From the sequence record NC_048170.1: a DNA stretch of 64,000 bases; one strand, 5' to 3'. The notes beneath the pieces were generated by a model, which did no database searches, was not told where the DNA came from, and saw only the letters and a program-made list of their open reading frames with translations. Both the position numbers and the translations under genes were made by a program. Below are positions 39,801-49,005 of the stretch, one piece after another. Each line of letters opens with the position of its first letter. The stretch's first letter is position 1.

Positions 39801-40861
39801 AATTCCGTGTTGGCAATCTGTCGACTGCTATCGTTCTCTGCAGCCGTAGGCGCTGCCGGGATACCGGTGAACACAGGGCTATTAAGATCTGCCTTGAGAG
39901 CGATGAGACGTTTAAGTGCGTCGACATCGACTTTCAGGTTTTCCCATCCGATGAGAGAACCACCACTGGCGTTATGATAACGGTTGTACCAGAAGTCGCC
40001 GTTAACGCCAAAAAAGAATATACCTTTCTCTTCGTATTGTGGGCCAGAACTATTTCGTGATGTTTCGATATATTTGATTTCAATAAGACCGCTAAACACC
40101 ACTCCTGGGATTATATTGTTGTTTCCAGCTGACTGTGATACCTGGTAAATCCCCGGGGTTGCGGCTTTAACCCATGTTAAGAATTCTGTTACTCCAGCGG
40201 CACCGCTAAAATTCTTAACGTCGGTAAGTATCGCCCCATAACCGAACATACCGGGTAGAGCCACTCGTTCGCTGGTACGGTCACGAATATCTGTCGCAAC
40301 AACGGGCAATTGTTTACGAACAGCATTAACCGCTTTAGGCGTGGCCGATTTTGTCTCGTCGTCGCTATCGGTTTCATTACTTAGAATAGTTAAACCGCGT
40401 GTAGCAGTAGTTGCATCAGGAAGAAATGCGTTATCCAACACCTTAAGCTGTATTGCACTCGTATTACTAACAACGACATGCACCTGACAGTTAAGAACGC
40501 TGGTTGCGCCTTCGGCAGGCGTAGGCTTATATCTTTCTGGCGCACTGCAGACGGCAATCAGAACACCTTGGTCATCATACAGACCGATCTCACGTACCCA
40601 GAACCCACCTTGACCAGCGGGAATAATACCCTCAACGATAATCCTGGTTGTGCTATCACCATCCGCATGGATATTAGAAACTTCCCCACGATAAACTTCG
40701 TGAACAAGCGCTGTTTGGCTGGCGGTCGGGGTTGGGATCGAGCCGTTACCATCACCAACGGCAAAGTGTGTGATTTTTAGTTTCTCACCGTCGGGAAGTA
40801 ACGCAGCGGTGATACGTTCTGCTCCTTTATCGGTAACTACCGTTATATATGCTGTACTCAT
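36887..40861 (-). CDS. Tail fibre protein, P2 gpH-type N-terminus (DUF3751-like), with a Gly-rich tip
   Basis: YITVVTDKGAERI...ITHFAVGDGNG; PEALNTLNELAQALGNDPNFATT; 40-aa repeats; C-terminal TSSGTYTPT...GGGGGGG. Confidence 0.9.
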   Translation of the reverse strand: MSTAYITVVTDKGAERITAALLPDGEKLKITHFAVGDGNGSIPTPTASQTALVHEVYRGEVSNIHADGDSTTRIIVEGIIPAGQGGFWVREIGLYDDQGVLIAVCSAPERYKPTPAEGATSVLNCQVHVVVSNTSAIQLKVLDNAFLPDATTATRGLTILSNETDSDDETKSATPKAVNAVRKQLPVVATDIRDRTSERVALPGMFGYGAILTDVKNFSGAAGVTEFLTWVKAATPGIYQVSQSAGNNNIIPGVVFSGLIEIKYIETSRNSSGPQYEEKGIFFFGVNGDFWYNRYHNASGGSLIGWENLKVDVDALKRLIALKADLNSPVFTGIPAAPTAAENDSSRQIANTEFVMRAIASLIDSSPEALNTLNELAQALGNDPNFATTVTNALAGKQPLNALLTAWSNLTTDANKLPYFTGRNQIGLTNVTSTGLNLLSKGSVDAVLLYLGLTETIKAAKTALQAGNNGSDIVDKVAFAKTIGLSPETYLKFNGAMATDANLNTFGPVEASVGIWSKPITTNADVAHNFPEANAAGYIEVLPTGQFGGTQRYTVRTGNIYVRSLTASWNGQDGPWGEWLKVGNAAATAAKLATARTIGGVSFDGSANIDLPGVNKAGTQNTSGNAATATKLQTARRIGGVAFDGTADIALPGVNATGNQNTTGNAATATKLKTAVTIGGVSFDGSVSISLPGVNAAGNQDTSGNAGSATKLQTARKIGGVAFDGTTDIALPGVNAAGNQNTTGNAATATKLQTTITIGGVSFDGSASINLPGVNAAGNQSTSGNAGSATKLQTARTIGGVSFDGTANIDLPGVNKAGNQSTSGNAATATKLQTARRINGVAFDGTTDISFSINVLASKGRVTALANATQGSNTGIQMYEAYNNGYPTAYGNIIHLKGATAVGEGEILIGWSGTSGAHAPAYLRSRRDAADSNWSEWAQIYTSKDSIPGVNATGNQNTTGNAASATKLQTARTIGGVSFDGTANISLPGVNTTGNQSTTGNAATATKLQTARTIGGVAFDGTANISLPGVNAAGNQDTTGNAATATKLKTARTIGGVSFDGSANINLPGVNVAGNQNTSGNAATATKLQTARTINGKPFDGTANITLAAKDLGLADSSGYVGRLLNMRVFTSSGTYTPTQGTKRIRVTITGGGGGGGGCQAYSNSETFFGAGGGAGGTVISVITVTAASYSVIIGSGGSGGSGATSGNGGGDSKFASLLTAPGGQGAGKTTVTNTGGGYGGAPATGDIRIPGGDGSDGQAGTIAVGGCGGASYWGGGGRAGVGTAHNGLAPGSGGGGAYDNSYSGTAKPGGRGANGICIIEEFM
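37540..39115 (-). repeat. Eleven 120-bp (40-aa) coding repeats in two blocks (7+4)
   Basis: Unit GNAATATKLQTARTIGGVSFDGSANINLPGVNAAGNQNTS; 9 full and 2 truncated copies, split by a globular insert at about 38020-38310. Confidence 0.9.
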
Positions 40862-40867
40862 GGTGTT

Positions 40868-41395
40868 TTATCCTGGATAAATAGTGATGATATCACCAAT
40901 GACGGTTGTGGCACCGGCGTAAAGATGAGCCGGAGATACATCGTGTTGGTTTGTCACAGTAAGATCCAATCGACCACGCCAAACCACGGAGGTATTCGCG
41001 ATGGGGATAGAAATCTTTTTGGATATATCGTCACGAAAATCAATAACAGTGGCAAGGGTAACCGCATCAAAATCAACGTCGGGGTCAAAGACGAACCCGT
41101 ATTGATCTGAAATCGCCCGAATAATCGCATGTATAGTTGTTGTCTCGACGGACTCTAAAACGATTTTTACCGGTATTCCTAAAAATGCCTTCGCGATATC
41201 GCGTCGAGCGTAAACGATAAAACTTTCACCACACCACTTTGTTCCTTCATTTGCTGTGACGATCACTTTTGCCCTGTTAGCACCAGAACTCCCATCCAAG
41301 GTTAATGTAAGATCGGAGTTGCTGAACACGCTACCGTTACGTTGGTTTATCAACGTAATCAGTTCGTCTTTCCATGGCGGGTAAAGTGAACGCAT
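40868..41395 (-). CDS. Stand-alone jumbo-phage tail adaptor domain protein
   Basis: YARRDIAKAFLGIPVKIVLE nearly matches LVKRDLAKAFLGIPIKIIIE of 32469..35081. Start moved to 41395. Confidence 0.7.
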   Translation of the reverse strand: MRSLYPPWKDELITLINQRNGSVFSNSDLTLTLDGSSGANRAKVIVTANEGTKWCGESFIVYARRDIAKAFLGIPVKIVLESVETTTIHAIIRAISDQYGFVFDPDVDFDAVTLATVIDFRDDISKKISIPIANTSVVWRGRLDLTVTNQHDVSPAHLYAGATTVIGDIITIYPG

Positions 41396-41600
41396 AAGCG
41401 CACCCTCCTCCAATAATCAAATTAAAATGTAAAACGCCTCGAAACCGGAGTGCGATTCGAGGTAAACGTAAACAGTCCAGACGACCGCATAAAATTCCGC
41501 GCATATTGCCCCTCTACCCCGACAAAGCGAGATAGAGGGGAGGATAATACGATTATGCTACTACACTCCAAAGTTCATGGGGCGGTAATCGCCCCATCGG

Positions 41601-44600
41601 TTAAATTGTTGGTTTTACATCGCGTAATAGGGCGATATAATAGCCTAATCCTCGGAGGATCTCCCCGCTCCAGAAACCAAAATACATTCCGTCTCTGCCG
41701 AGATTAGCGCTATCTGGTGCAGGACTCCATCCACCATTCATTACGTCATCAACGGTGTAGCGGTTGATGTAGTTTTCAACGATTTCGTTATAAGCATTAA
41801 CCGCAACAGAATAGCCTTTATCGTTGGGATGTCCGTACAACATTGCTAACGACGCACCCGCCAACCATAATCCTGCCATATGACCAGTAAAGTCGTTCGG
41901 GATAAAAGCAGGAGGTTTATCCATCGGAAAATCCGTAGGTGATTGATAAGCGTTTTCCTGTTGATACGTAAACAAGAAATCAATCCAATGACTGATGTAA
42001 GTGGTTAACTTCTCAGGGACAGCCAAACCACGATCGAGCAGTCCAGCATAAAGCCTCACCGCTGAAAAGAAAGCCCTCGGCTGATAACCAGACCATGCTG
42101 TCTGATCGCCGAAATGGTACATCGTAAAATCATTAACTTTTGATCCGCTTGGCGCATCCCAACGATCCCACACGTACGCACTTGCCCCTGGCCCTAAAAC
42201 CCCGAATTTCTGATAATACCACTGCTGTGAGTCATACCAGAAATTCACAACATTCTGAATCATGAGGTCACGTCGTTCAGCCGATACGTCCATATCCAGG
42301 AAGACCCATGGATGCTGGTAGCCGGGATAAGGCTGACCGCGCCAACTGTCGAACGTCGGTGCGTTAGGGATATAGTTGTTAGAGAACGGAATAATACCCG
42401 GAGTATAAGGCAATGGATCCAGACGTTGGTTGACAATCGTACAATCGCCAACACGCAATGTGCCCTCTGCCTCAAAGATTGCTTTTAACGTAAACAGCAT
42501 GGTATATCCGTCATCCGTGGTGTAAGTTGACGGTGGATTGTTGATGGCGTAAAGCTTAAATACCCCTTCAGCGATATCGCTGCCATCAGGCAAGAACAGA
42601 ATTTCAGTTGAACCGTCGCCCCACACAGGTGCGGAAGGTTTAGGGTCAGTATCAGCATGGCCAGGTTGATACCCTGAGAGCCTCCATCCGTTCGCCGAAA
42701 GCGTCAATGTATTTCTTGCTGTGGTGGCCGGTAGCATATACCACCATCGCCAACCATTTGCATCTTCTACACGAACGTTGTAGTCAATCGACGCGAAATA
42801 ACTGACCTGTCTTACGATCTGTTTTGCGGTTGGATTGAATTCAAATTGCCCGCCTGCCGCAGTAAGCTGCGCTTTTAAGAACAACCCATCCCAGGAATCT
42901 TCCGCTGCTTCGCTGAATTCTGTTGTGATTGCGACATCGTCTTTCCAGCCGACTTTATCAGCCGATATCAACACAGAACCTGTAACAGCATCACCGGTTG
43001 GCGTTGAAACTTCATCAACCGCATCAGCAGGAATCAACGAGCCTATTTTGAAATCCCATCCTTTCGGTTCAGCGCTGGAAGGTAATACCAGCTTGTACGT
43101 TTTGGCTTTCGCTTCGGTTTTGTCCAAAGAAAGCGAAAGTGAAATCTCAACCGGAATTGCAATACCTGCCGTATCCTTACCTCCGCAGGTTACACGAAGA
43201 ATTGAATCACGATTGACGCGGAACGGAATGGCCTGCTGTTCAAGATAAATTTGTGCTGAAGATGCTTGAATCACGATCCAGCCATCGGCATCACGTGTGA
43301 TTGTGAACGGTGCTTTCGATGGATAGGTATACGTGTAAGCGATACCATCGGTGTCGTAACGATCGGTTCCTTTTACCTGACGGAAGAACTTATCGTTGGC
43401 GTCGATACGGGTATATTCTTCAATCGTAAACAAAGATGCCTTGTACGCTTTCTGATAACGCTCCTGCTGCGTTAAACGGTATAAGGTGTAGGCTGCTTCA
43501 CAAAACCACTGTTCAGCGTCTGACGCGTTTCCCATGTAGTCTCTGGTGACCGGCACCTGGATCGGTCGGTTATGCTGACACTCGTTCGTTTTGATGAGGT
43601 ATCCGCCATATTCGACAGGAACGCGGGGTGCCCACGCAACCAAATAAGAACCGCTGACGGATTTATCTTTGAGTACGATGGTACCTACCTCATCGTCAGT
43701 ACACGCTTCAAGATCGTCCCCGTCAGCACTTACGTAACGTTTTGTGCGTAACGCAACTTTCTCGATAGGGAACACCGTACCCTTTGTATCCCAGTCAATC
43801 GTCCCATCATCATTGGTTTTGAACACATCGGCGTTCAAATTCTGCCAGCCGAGTTTACCCTCATAGACCTGAACAACAAGATCCATGTATTCCCCGAACG
43901 TTGGTGCCCCATGTGTTATTTTCCCGATACCGTTGGTGAATGTAACCGCTGTGTCATGGAAACCCCCGTGTGTTGGGTAATCGTCTTTTGCAAGAGGATA
44001 ATGAGCCAACACCGGTTGCTTACCATTAACGATCCAGTTAGCGATCCAGCGTGTCGGTGTATCCGGTGGTTCAAGGCCTGCGTAGAACGCTTTTATATAC
44101 GCATCGAACGATGACTCTGCTAATGCGAGATAATGCGCTTTAAGCTTGGTATCATCCGTTGTATGACTGAATATACCCGCACCCAGAATTAACAACGACT
44201 GTCCTTCTGTTGTTGCGTCACCATCCGGTTGTGCTTCTTGTCGTGTTGCTGCAATGAAATGGCGGTTGTTTACCATCACCCCGCTTTCATTTAACACGTA
44301 ATGATCGGTTTCTGGATCGGTAAACGTTCCTGTGTTTCGGGTTAAGAATCTTGCATGACCATAACCAACGAAATTAACCGGCGACGCTGTAATCATCCAT
44401 TTACCGATAAGTTGAGCAACATCATTATAACGCTCGGATGCGGTGATTTGTTTCACGTACCAGTCTTTATGGTTAAATGTCCAAAGCAGGAAGTAATAAG
44501 TTGTATCGATTTCCATCACCGGGAACGTTGGTGTTAACGGCTCCAATGTTAAGTAGTTGCTCCAGTCAATCTGTCCGCCAACAACCGATGGGGTAATCTC

Positions 44601-45197
44601 TAATAACTGACACCATTCATAACGGTCCGGTACACTACTGGACGTTGTTGGTAAAGGTAACTTGTATACACCAGTACGATTCAGATTGAGTGCTTTTCTA
44701 GCCGATCCTAAATCAACATAAATGCTCGATGATACGCTTGCACTATATGCCCCCAAAGCACCTAGCGTTGACCGATACATTGAGATGAACAACGTATCTT
44801 TCCAGTAAGGGTTATCCTTGGTTGGTTCTAAAGCGATTTGTGCGGAGATGCTGTTCCATGTCCCTAACTGGTATGTTGCATTTAAAGATTCTTCCGTGAA
44901 ATAACTTTCTGCAATTGCCAGATGGAACCGCTCGTTCAATAATGCGAGTGCGGCGCGTCCTGAGATATCTTCATTACCCGTTTCCTTCTTCATGATTGCG
45001 CCGAATGGAAACAGTGTCGCGAATGACCGTTTTGGTTTATTAACCGTAACCGTCCCCGTGTAGTTTCCAACACCGTCAAGTTTTTGACTATCGCCAACAG
45101 CAGTGACTGCGATACCATCAACCGGGATATCTGTTTTGTTTAGTGTATTGAGTTGGTCAACCAGATCCTGCTTATCGTCAGGTAAGAATGTCGCCAT
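41601..45197 (-). CDS. Tail-associated protein with GH8-like glycoside hydrolase motifs
   Basis: ATTEGQSLLILG (cf. GH8 TSEGQSY) and GNASDAEQWF (cf. ASDGD), behind an adaptor-like N-terminus. Confidence 0.5.
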   Translation of the reverse strand: MATFLPDDKQDLVDQLNTLNKTDIPVDGIAVTAVGDSQKLDGVGNYTGTVTVNKPKRSFATLFPFGAIMKKETGNEDISGRAALALLNERFHLAIAESYFTEESLNATYQLGTWNSISAQIALEPTKDNPYWKDTLFISMYRSTLGALGAYSASVSSSIYVDLGSARKALNLNRTGVYKLPLPTTSSSVPDRYEWCQLLEITPSVVGGQIDWSNYLTLEPLTPTFPVMEIDTTYYFLLWTFNHKDWYVKQITASERYNDVAQLIGKWMITASPVNFVGYGHARFLTRNTGTFTDPETDHYVLNESGVMVNNRHFIAATRQEAQPDGDATTEGQSLLILGAGIFSHTTDDTKLKAHYLALAESSFDAYIKAFYAGLEPPDTPTRWIANWIVNGKQPVLAHYPLAKDDYPTHGGFHDTAVTFTNGIGKITHGAPTFGEYMDLVVQVYEGKLGWQNLNADVFKTNDDGTIDWDTKGTVFPIEKVALRTKRYVSADGDDLEACTDDEVGTIVLKDKSVSGSYLVAWAPRVPVEYGGYLIKTNECQHNRPIQVPVTRDYMGNASDAEQWFCEAAYTLYRLTQQERYQKAYKASLFTIEEYTRIDANDKFFRQVKGTDRYDTDGIAYTYTYPSKAPFTITRDADGWIVIQASSAQIYLEQQAIPFRVNRDSILRVTCGGKDTAGIAIPVEISLSLSLDKTEAKAKTYKLVLPSSAEPKGWDFKIGSLIPADAVDEVSTPTGDAVTGSVLISADKVGWKDDVAITTEFSEAAEDSWDGLFLKAQLTAAGGQFEFNPTAKQIVRQVSYFASIDYNVRVEDANGWRWWYMLPATTARNTLTLSANGWRLSGYQPGHADTDPKPSAPVWGDGSTEILFLPDGSDIAEGVFKLYAINNPPSTYTTDDGYTMLFTLKAIFEAEGTLRVGDCTIVNQRLDPLPYTPGIIPFSNNYIPNAPTFDSWRGQPYPGYQHPWVFLDMDVSAERRDLMIQNVVNFWYDSQQWYYQKFGVLGPGASAYVWDRWDAPSGSKVNDFTMYHFGDQTAWSGYQPRAFFSAVRLYAGLLDRGLAVPEKLTTYISHWIDFLFTYQQENAYQSPTDFPMDKPPAFIPNDFTGHMAGLWLAGASLAMLYGHPNDKGYSVAVNAYNEIVENYINRYTVDDVMNGGWSPAPDSANLGRDGMYFGFWSGEILRGLGYYIALLRDVKPTI

Positions 45198-45210
45198 TAT
45201 TTACTCCACC

Positions 45211-46041
45211 TTAATCGTAACTAAAATAAAGTTTGCTGCTGACGCCGCTATCGGAACGAGGTTTTAATACCAGAACAGAGCTTCCGAACGACGGAAGTAT
45301 TGGAACATCTAAATCGTTCGCATCGGCAACTTTTCCATTATAAACGACATTGGCTGTTGTGATGAGTTCCCAAGCTAAGGTATAACTCATTGAAATCAGC
45401 GACGAGGCTAAACGGAATGCGTTGTATCCTTCTGGAGTATCTCCAACCGACATCGAACGTATCGCATCTTGCGGCGGTAAATTTAGCTTGATGCCGTAGG
45501 TGCTGAATGTGTGGAAATCCCCTTGTTTACTATCTTCTGGATAATACGAGGTTAGCGGTTCTCGCACCGTAATCAGTTCGCTAATATCGGTACTTACATC
45601 TTTTCGTGCGAGGAATTGAAACGTACCGTGCCATGATGCCGACGCGTCAGAACGAACGGGAACAGATATGGTTTTCTCGCCGCTTTCAAATTTAACCTGT
45701 GACGCTAACGCTGAAGAATCAAAGATCGTTAAATCGATCTTCAACCCATACTTCTTAAACAGCTGCGTTAAGCAGTCTGCTATCGTCGTCTTATCAGCAA
45801 CGACAATAAAAGGTTGGTGTTTGATAAAGAGCTTATTAATGTCTCGACGTTGAAGATAAACCTGTACGGGGTCTTCGACGTAGTAAACCGATTGTGGTGC
45901 AGGGGCTATAGAAAGGCGTAACCGACCCGATGCACCATACCAGGCTGGCGTTAACGTAATGTCTGACAGGGACAACGGATGCTGGAGATAGGCGTTTATT
46001 TTAGATAACACTTCCTCCTGCCATGATGCTTCAGGATACAT
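45211..46041 (-). CDS. Tail adaptor-domain paralog
   Basis: WQEEVLSKINAYL...YLQRRDINKLF...LFKKYGLKID...WHGTFQF aligns with 40868..41395. Confidence 0.65.
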   Translation of the reverse strand: MYPEASWQEEVLSKINAYLQHPLSLSDITLTPAWYGASGRLRLSIAPAPQSVYYVEDPVQVYLQRRDINKLFIKHQPFIVVADKTTIADCLTQLFKKYGLKIDLTIFDSSALASQVKFESGEKTISVPVRSDASASWHGTFQFLARKDVSTDISELITVREPLTSYYPEDSKQGDFHTFSTYGIKLNLPPQDAIRSMSVGDTPEGYNAFRLASSLISMSYTLAWELITTANVVYNGKVADANDLDVPILPSFGSSVLVLKPRSDSGVSSKLYFSYD

Positions 46042-46100
46042 GCTGACCTCATAGATGATCGTTGATAGGAAAGAAACCTAATTCATACCATGGGAACCTC

Positions 46101-46162
46101 AAAAAAAAAAACGAAAAAAAAAATAGGAAAACGGTGTTCATCCCTAAAAAGGATGAACACCG
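46101..46162 (-). terminator. Classical intrinsic terminator closing the accessory region
   Basis: 12-bp stem CGGTGTTCATCC/GGATGAACACCG followed on the minus strand by long T runs. Confidence 0.8.
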
Positions 46163-46182
46163 CGTACCGTTATATCGAACGA

Positions 46183-46761
46183 TTAGTAAGGAATCAGATC
46201 GTTAAGCTTTTCTTCTTCAATGACAAAGAAGTTGTTCTGGTCGTCTAAATCTGTTAACATGACTTGTCCGACAGTAAAGCACGTGCCGCCCTTCTTAGGC
46301 ATCCATACCGGCTCATTCGTTACCTTATCGGGATACCATTTGAAACGATTGGTATCCAAGAAGAACGCTGCTTTGTTCGCTTTATCGGTTGAACGATAGC
46401 TAACCAATGCAGGCCACTCAATCCAGGTATTCGTACACGGTACATGTAAAGGATACCAGGCACGCCAGCGTTTGCCTGGGTTGCTAGGATCAACCCAATA
46501 CTCGGCAGTCAATACAGCATCTTTATAGTGTTTCTGCATTAACATTTCGAGCACAAGCTCATTGCCTTTTGATGCATCTAAAGTCACTTCCGCCATATAA
46601 AGAGATTTAGGTAATCCAGACTGTTTTGCGGCTGGCGTTACAACACCGGTAACCAACGGTCTGCTCGGTTTACGTTTCTGTTCTTTCCGACGGGTGTAAA
46701 AGAATAGTCCGACAGATACGGCAACAAGTATAATAAACAACACTACCTTAATCCAATTCAT
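46183..46761 (-). CDS. N-terminally anchored membrane protein
   Basis: TM helix IKVVLFIILVAVSVGLFFY followed by a basic stop-transfer segment. Confidence 0.65.
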   Translation of the reverse strand: MNWIKVVLFIILVAVSVGLFFYTRRKEQKRKPSRPLVTGVVTPAAKQSGLPKSLYMAEVTLDASKGNELVLEMLMQKHYKDAVLTAEYWVDPSNPGKRWRAWYPLHVPCTNTWIEWPALVSYRSTDKANKAAFFLDTNRFKWYPDKVTNEPVWMPKKGGTCFTVGQVMLTDLDDQNNFFVIEEEKLNDLIPY

Positions 46762-47525
46762 TCGTCAATATCTCCTTCTACAAACAGAGTCAATTTGATT
46801 TCAGGGTCATAGAACATAGTAATCACATCATCCTGCTCTACTGAACGTTGCGCTGTCCATATTAACTGTTCATCCCGAATATCAAATTTATGTCGTTCGT
46901 CACTCACCACAGCTTCCGCATCAACGTAATGGTAAACTTCACCGAGAGGATTCTCAATCCAGCCGCGTACCATCAAACGTTCTTTTTGTTTACGTGTAAA
47001 GAAGCGATAAGGATCTTCGCACGTGCGCCATACATCCCCGTTCTCGTTAACCAGTTCATCATAAACTTTAGAGAGTTCGTCAGGTACCGGAATCAAAATG
47101 TTATCTTGATAGTTCGACCAGAAACGACGTACGTCTTGGATCAACTCATCGTCTGGGAGTTTAGTCGCTATGTTACTATAATCGATTTCAACAGTATCGA
47201 TATCAAGACGGGTAAACGGAAGAGCGTCTAGGTTTCCCACCATGACCTCGATATTATCATGATGAACACGAATCCATCCATCGAACCATCTGTACCCATC
47301 AGCTTGATATAACGTTGTATGATAAGTGACGACATTGATGTCTTCGAACGATTCTAATAAGGCTTTAGCTGCTAAAAGCGGTGAAAAGTTCTTCGATTGT
47401 CCTGGTTTACGTATTTCTTCTTTGATAAACAATTTACCAAGTATCGGGTGTTCGATAACAAAACCACAGGAAAGCATGATGCTTCCTTGATAACGTGCTT
47501 CTTGCATTTTCCATTCCTCAAACAA
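46758..47525 (-). CDS. Hypothetical protein
   Basis: About 250 aa, coupled to its neighbour. Confidence 0.6.
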   Translation of the reverse strand: MFEEWKMQEARYQGSIMLSCGFVIEHPILGKLFIKEEIRKPGQSKNFSPLLAAKALLESFEDINVVTYHTTLYQADGYRWFDGWIRVHHDNIEVMVGNLDALPFTRLDIDTVEIDYSNIATKLPDDELIQDVRRFWSNYQDNILIPVPDELSKVYDELVNENGDVWRTCEDPYRFFTRKQKERLMVRGWIENPLGEVYHYVDAEAVVSDERHKFDIRDEQLIWTAQRSVEQDDVITMFYDPEIKLTLFVEGDIDE

Positions 47526-47584
47526 AAGATTGTCTTTTACGCGACATGCTTACAAGTACACAGGTTACTGAATTTCTGTAAAAG

Positions 47585-48085
47585 TTAATTCTTGTTCTTT
47601 ACGATCTCTATCGCTTCCAGAATAGCGGTGTTTAATCGTTGACCACGTTCCTCCATTGTCCCGCCATCGCGATGTCTGAAGTTAACCGAGTGGATATCCC
47701 AAGCCCAATAGAGTGTCTCCGACGTGTCGTCTTCTCTGGTGGGATCGCTCAATCTGTTAACCCCAATTTGCCAAATATAATCAGCGGATTGTCGCTGCAA
47801 GCATTCTCCGATAGCGCTTATATAAGACAACCCTTCGGTCGTCACAGCGACGACAACATGTGGGTGTTTTTTGACTTCTTTGGTTGTTTGTTTGCCGTCC
47901 AATGTCACGCTGATCTTTTGAATTTCGTGCCCTTCACATGACCACATCGGTGCAATACCGGGCGCATCCAACAATGCCTGGCATGCGGGTAAAATTCCAG
48001 GTTCTATGATTTCTTCCTCTATAGCGGCACGCGCACGTGCTTTAAAACGGACTAATTGTTCTTCGGTGACAACAAAAGAAAACAT
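47585..48085 (-). CDS. Hypothetical protein with SCEGH motif
   Basis: Start at ATG 48085 after AGGAG; contains APMWSCEGH. Confidence 0.6.
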   Translation of the reverse strand: MFSFVVTEEQLVRFKARARAAIEEEIIEPGILPACQALLDAPGIAPMWSCEGHEIQKISVTLDGKQTTKEVKKHPHVVVAVTTEGLSYISAIGECLQRQSADYIWQIGVNRLSDPTREDDTSETLYWAWDIHSVNFRHRDGGTMEERGQRLNTAILEAIEIVKNKN

Positions 48086-48156
48086 GATTACTCCTTTCTG
48101 GTTCTTCCCCTCCACAGCCTCAGGAAGAGAAGAACCGTTTGCTAAGTTGTTATGTA

Positions 48157-48414
48157 TTAAAATGCATTGATTGGACTGTTCAACGCTTTATCACGGATTT
48201 GAATCGCCGCCAGCATTGCTTTCTGGTACGAATCGTAGGCATCGACAGAAACAGTCGTATCAACCAATTCCTTTAATGCGGATTCAGCCGCTTTTACGCG
48301 GACGCGGAACTTGGTGATTGCGTTATCTTTGTTACGATAAACCGTGATGTGGTGCAGCGGTTGAACGTTAGTTTTATTGGTTTTAACAGATTTAGTTGCT
48401 TTGATCGTTTTCAT
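48157..48414 (-). CDS. Small basic protein, possible stand-alone AP2-like domain
   Basis: FRVRVK...TVSVDAYDSYQKAMLAAIQIRDK pattern. Confidence 0.4.
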   Translation of the reverse strand: MKTIKATKSVKTNKTNVQPLHHITVYRNKDNAITKFRVRVKAAESALKELVDTTVSVDAYDSYQKAMLAAIQIRDKALNSPINAF

Positions 48415-48460
48415 GATGATTTCCTTCTTTATTAGGATGATTACATTTAGTCAGTTTAAC

Positions 48461-48493
48461 AGCATAAACCCTTCCTGCGTAAGGCAGGAAGGG
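48461..48493 (-). terminator. Family hairpin
   Basis: Minus strand CCCTTCCTGC..GCAGGAAGGG then TTTATGCT. Confidence 0.6.
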
Positions 48494-48507
48494 CGTACGG
48501 ATTTGTT

Positions 48508-49005
48508 TTACGTGTGTCGTCGTTTACCAAAGAAAATGTGGCTATCTACCACGGTGATATTGGTAGCATGTTTTCTGAAATGTTTAGGGCGAAGATGTTT
48601 CGCGTTAAAGAATACGGCTCCTCGTGTTGGGTCGGCTTTATGGTAAGCCGCAATGTCAGTATAACGTAATGTTGCGACCTCTCGTGCTATTGCTCTTGCT
48701 CGCTCAAAAGCAGCACGATCGCGTATGACAATACGCCTTTGTTTTGTCCAGGGGAATTGACCTCTTTGCAGTACGACGTCTTTGACGTTCGTAGGGAATC
48801 GGTAGTCCATAGATCGATTATGTATTAAAAACGCCACGGAGTATTGCCCTTTTACAGATTCGCCTCTGGCTTCCATATACACAGCACATGCGACGATCTC
48901 TTTCCGGCAATCGATTCTAGGTCCTGCGTTCACTGATGCTTGACTGAACGGTGTAATAAGCAACATAACAAGCCCTAAAATCAACGTGTGTAAAATACCT
49001 TGCAT
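48508..49005 (-). CDS. SleB-like cell-wall hydrolase (Hydrolase_2) with signal peptide
   Basis: AVYMEARGES..GQYSVAFLIHNR, VVLQRGQFPW, DPTRGAVFF, HIFF. Confidence 0.85.
   Translation of the reverse strand: MQGILHTLILGLVMLLITPFSQASVNAGPRIDCRKEIVACAVYMEARGESVKGQYSVAFLIHNRSMDYRFPTNVKDVVLQRGQFPWTKQRRIVIRDRAAFERARAIAREVATLRYTDIAAYHKADPTRGAVFFNAKHLRPKHFRKHATNITVVDSHIFFGKRRHT

Noticed and set aside
36471-40861. Diversity-generating retroelement or active invertible cassette at the fibre tip
   Set aside because: No reverse transcriptase, template repeat, invertase or inverted second cassette is visible in the window.
46101-46123. Poly-A tracts as an origin or simple-sequence switch
   Set aside because: Explained as the U-tail of the minus-strand terminator at 46132-46162.
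47900-47960. SCEGH motif as a TYW3-like methyltransferase
   Set aside because: A five-residue resemblance is too weak to assign function.
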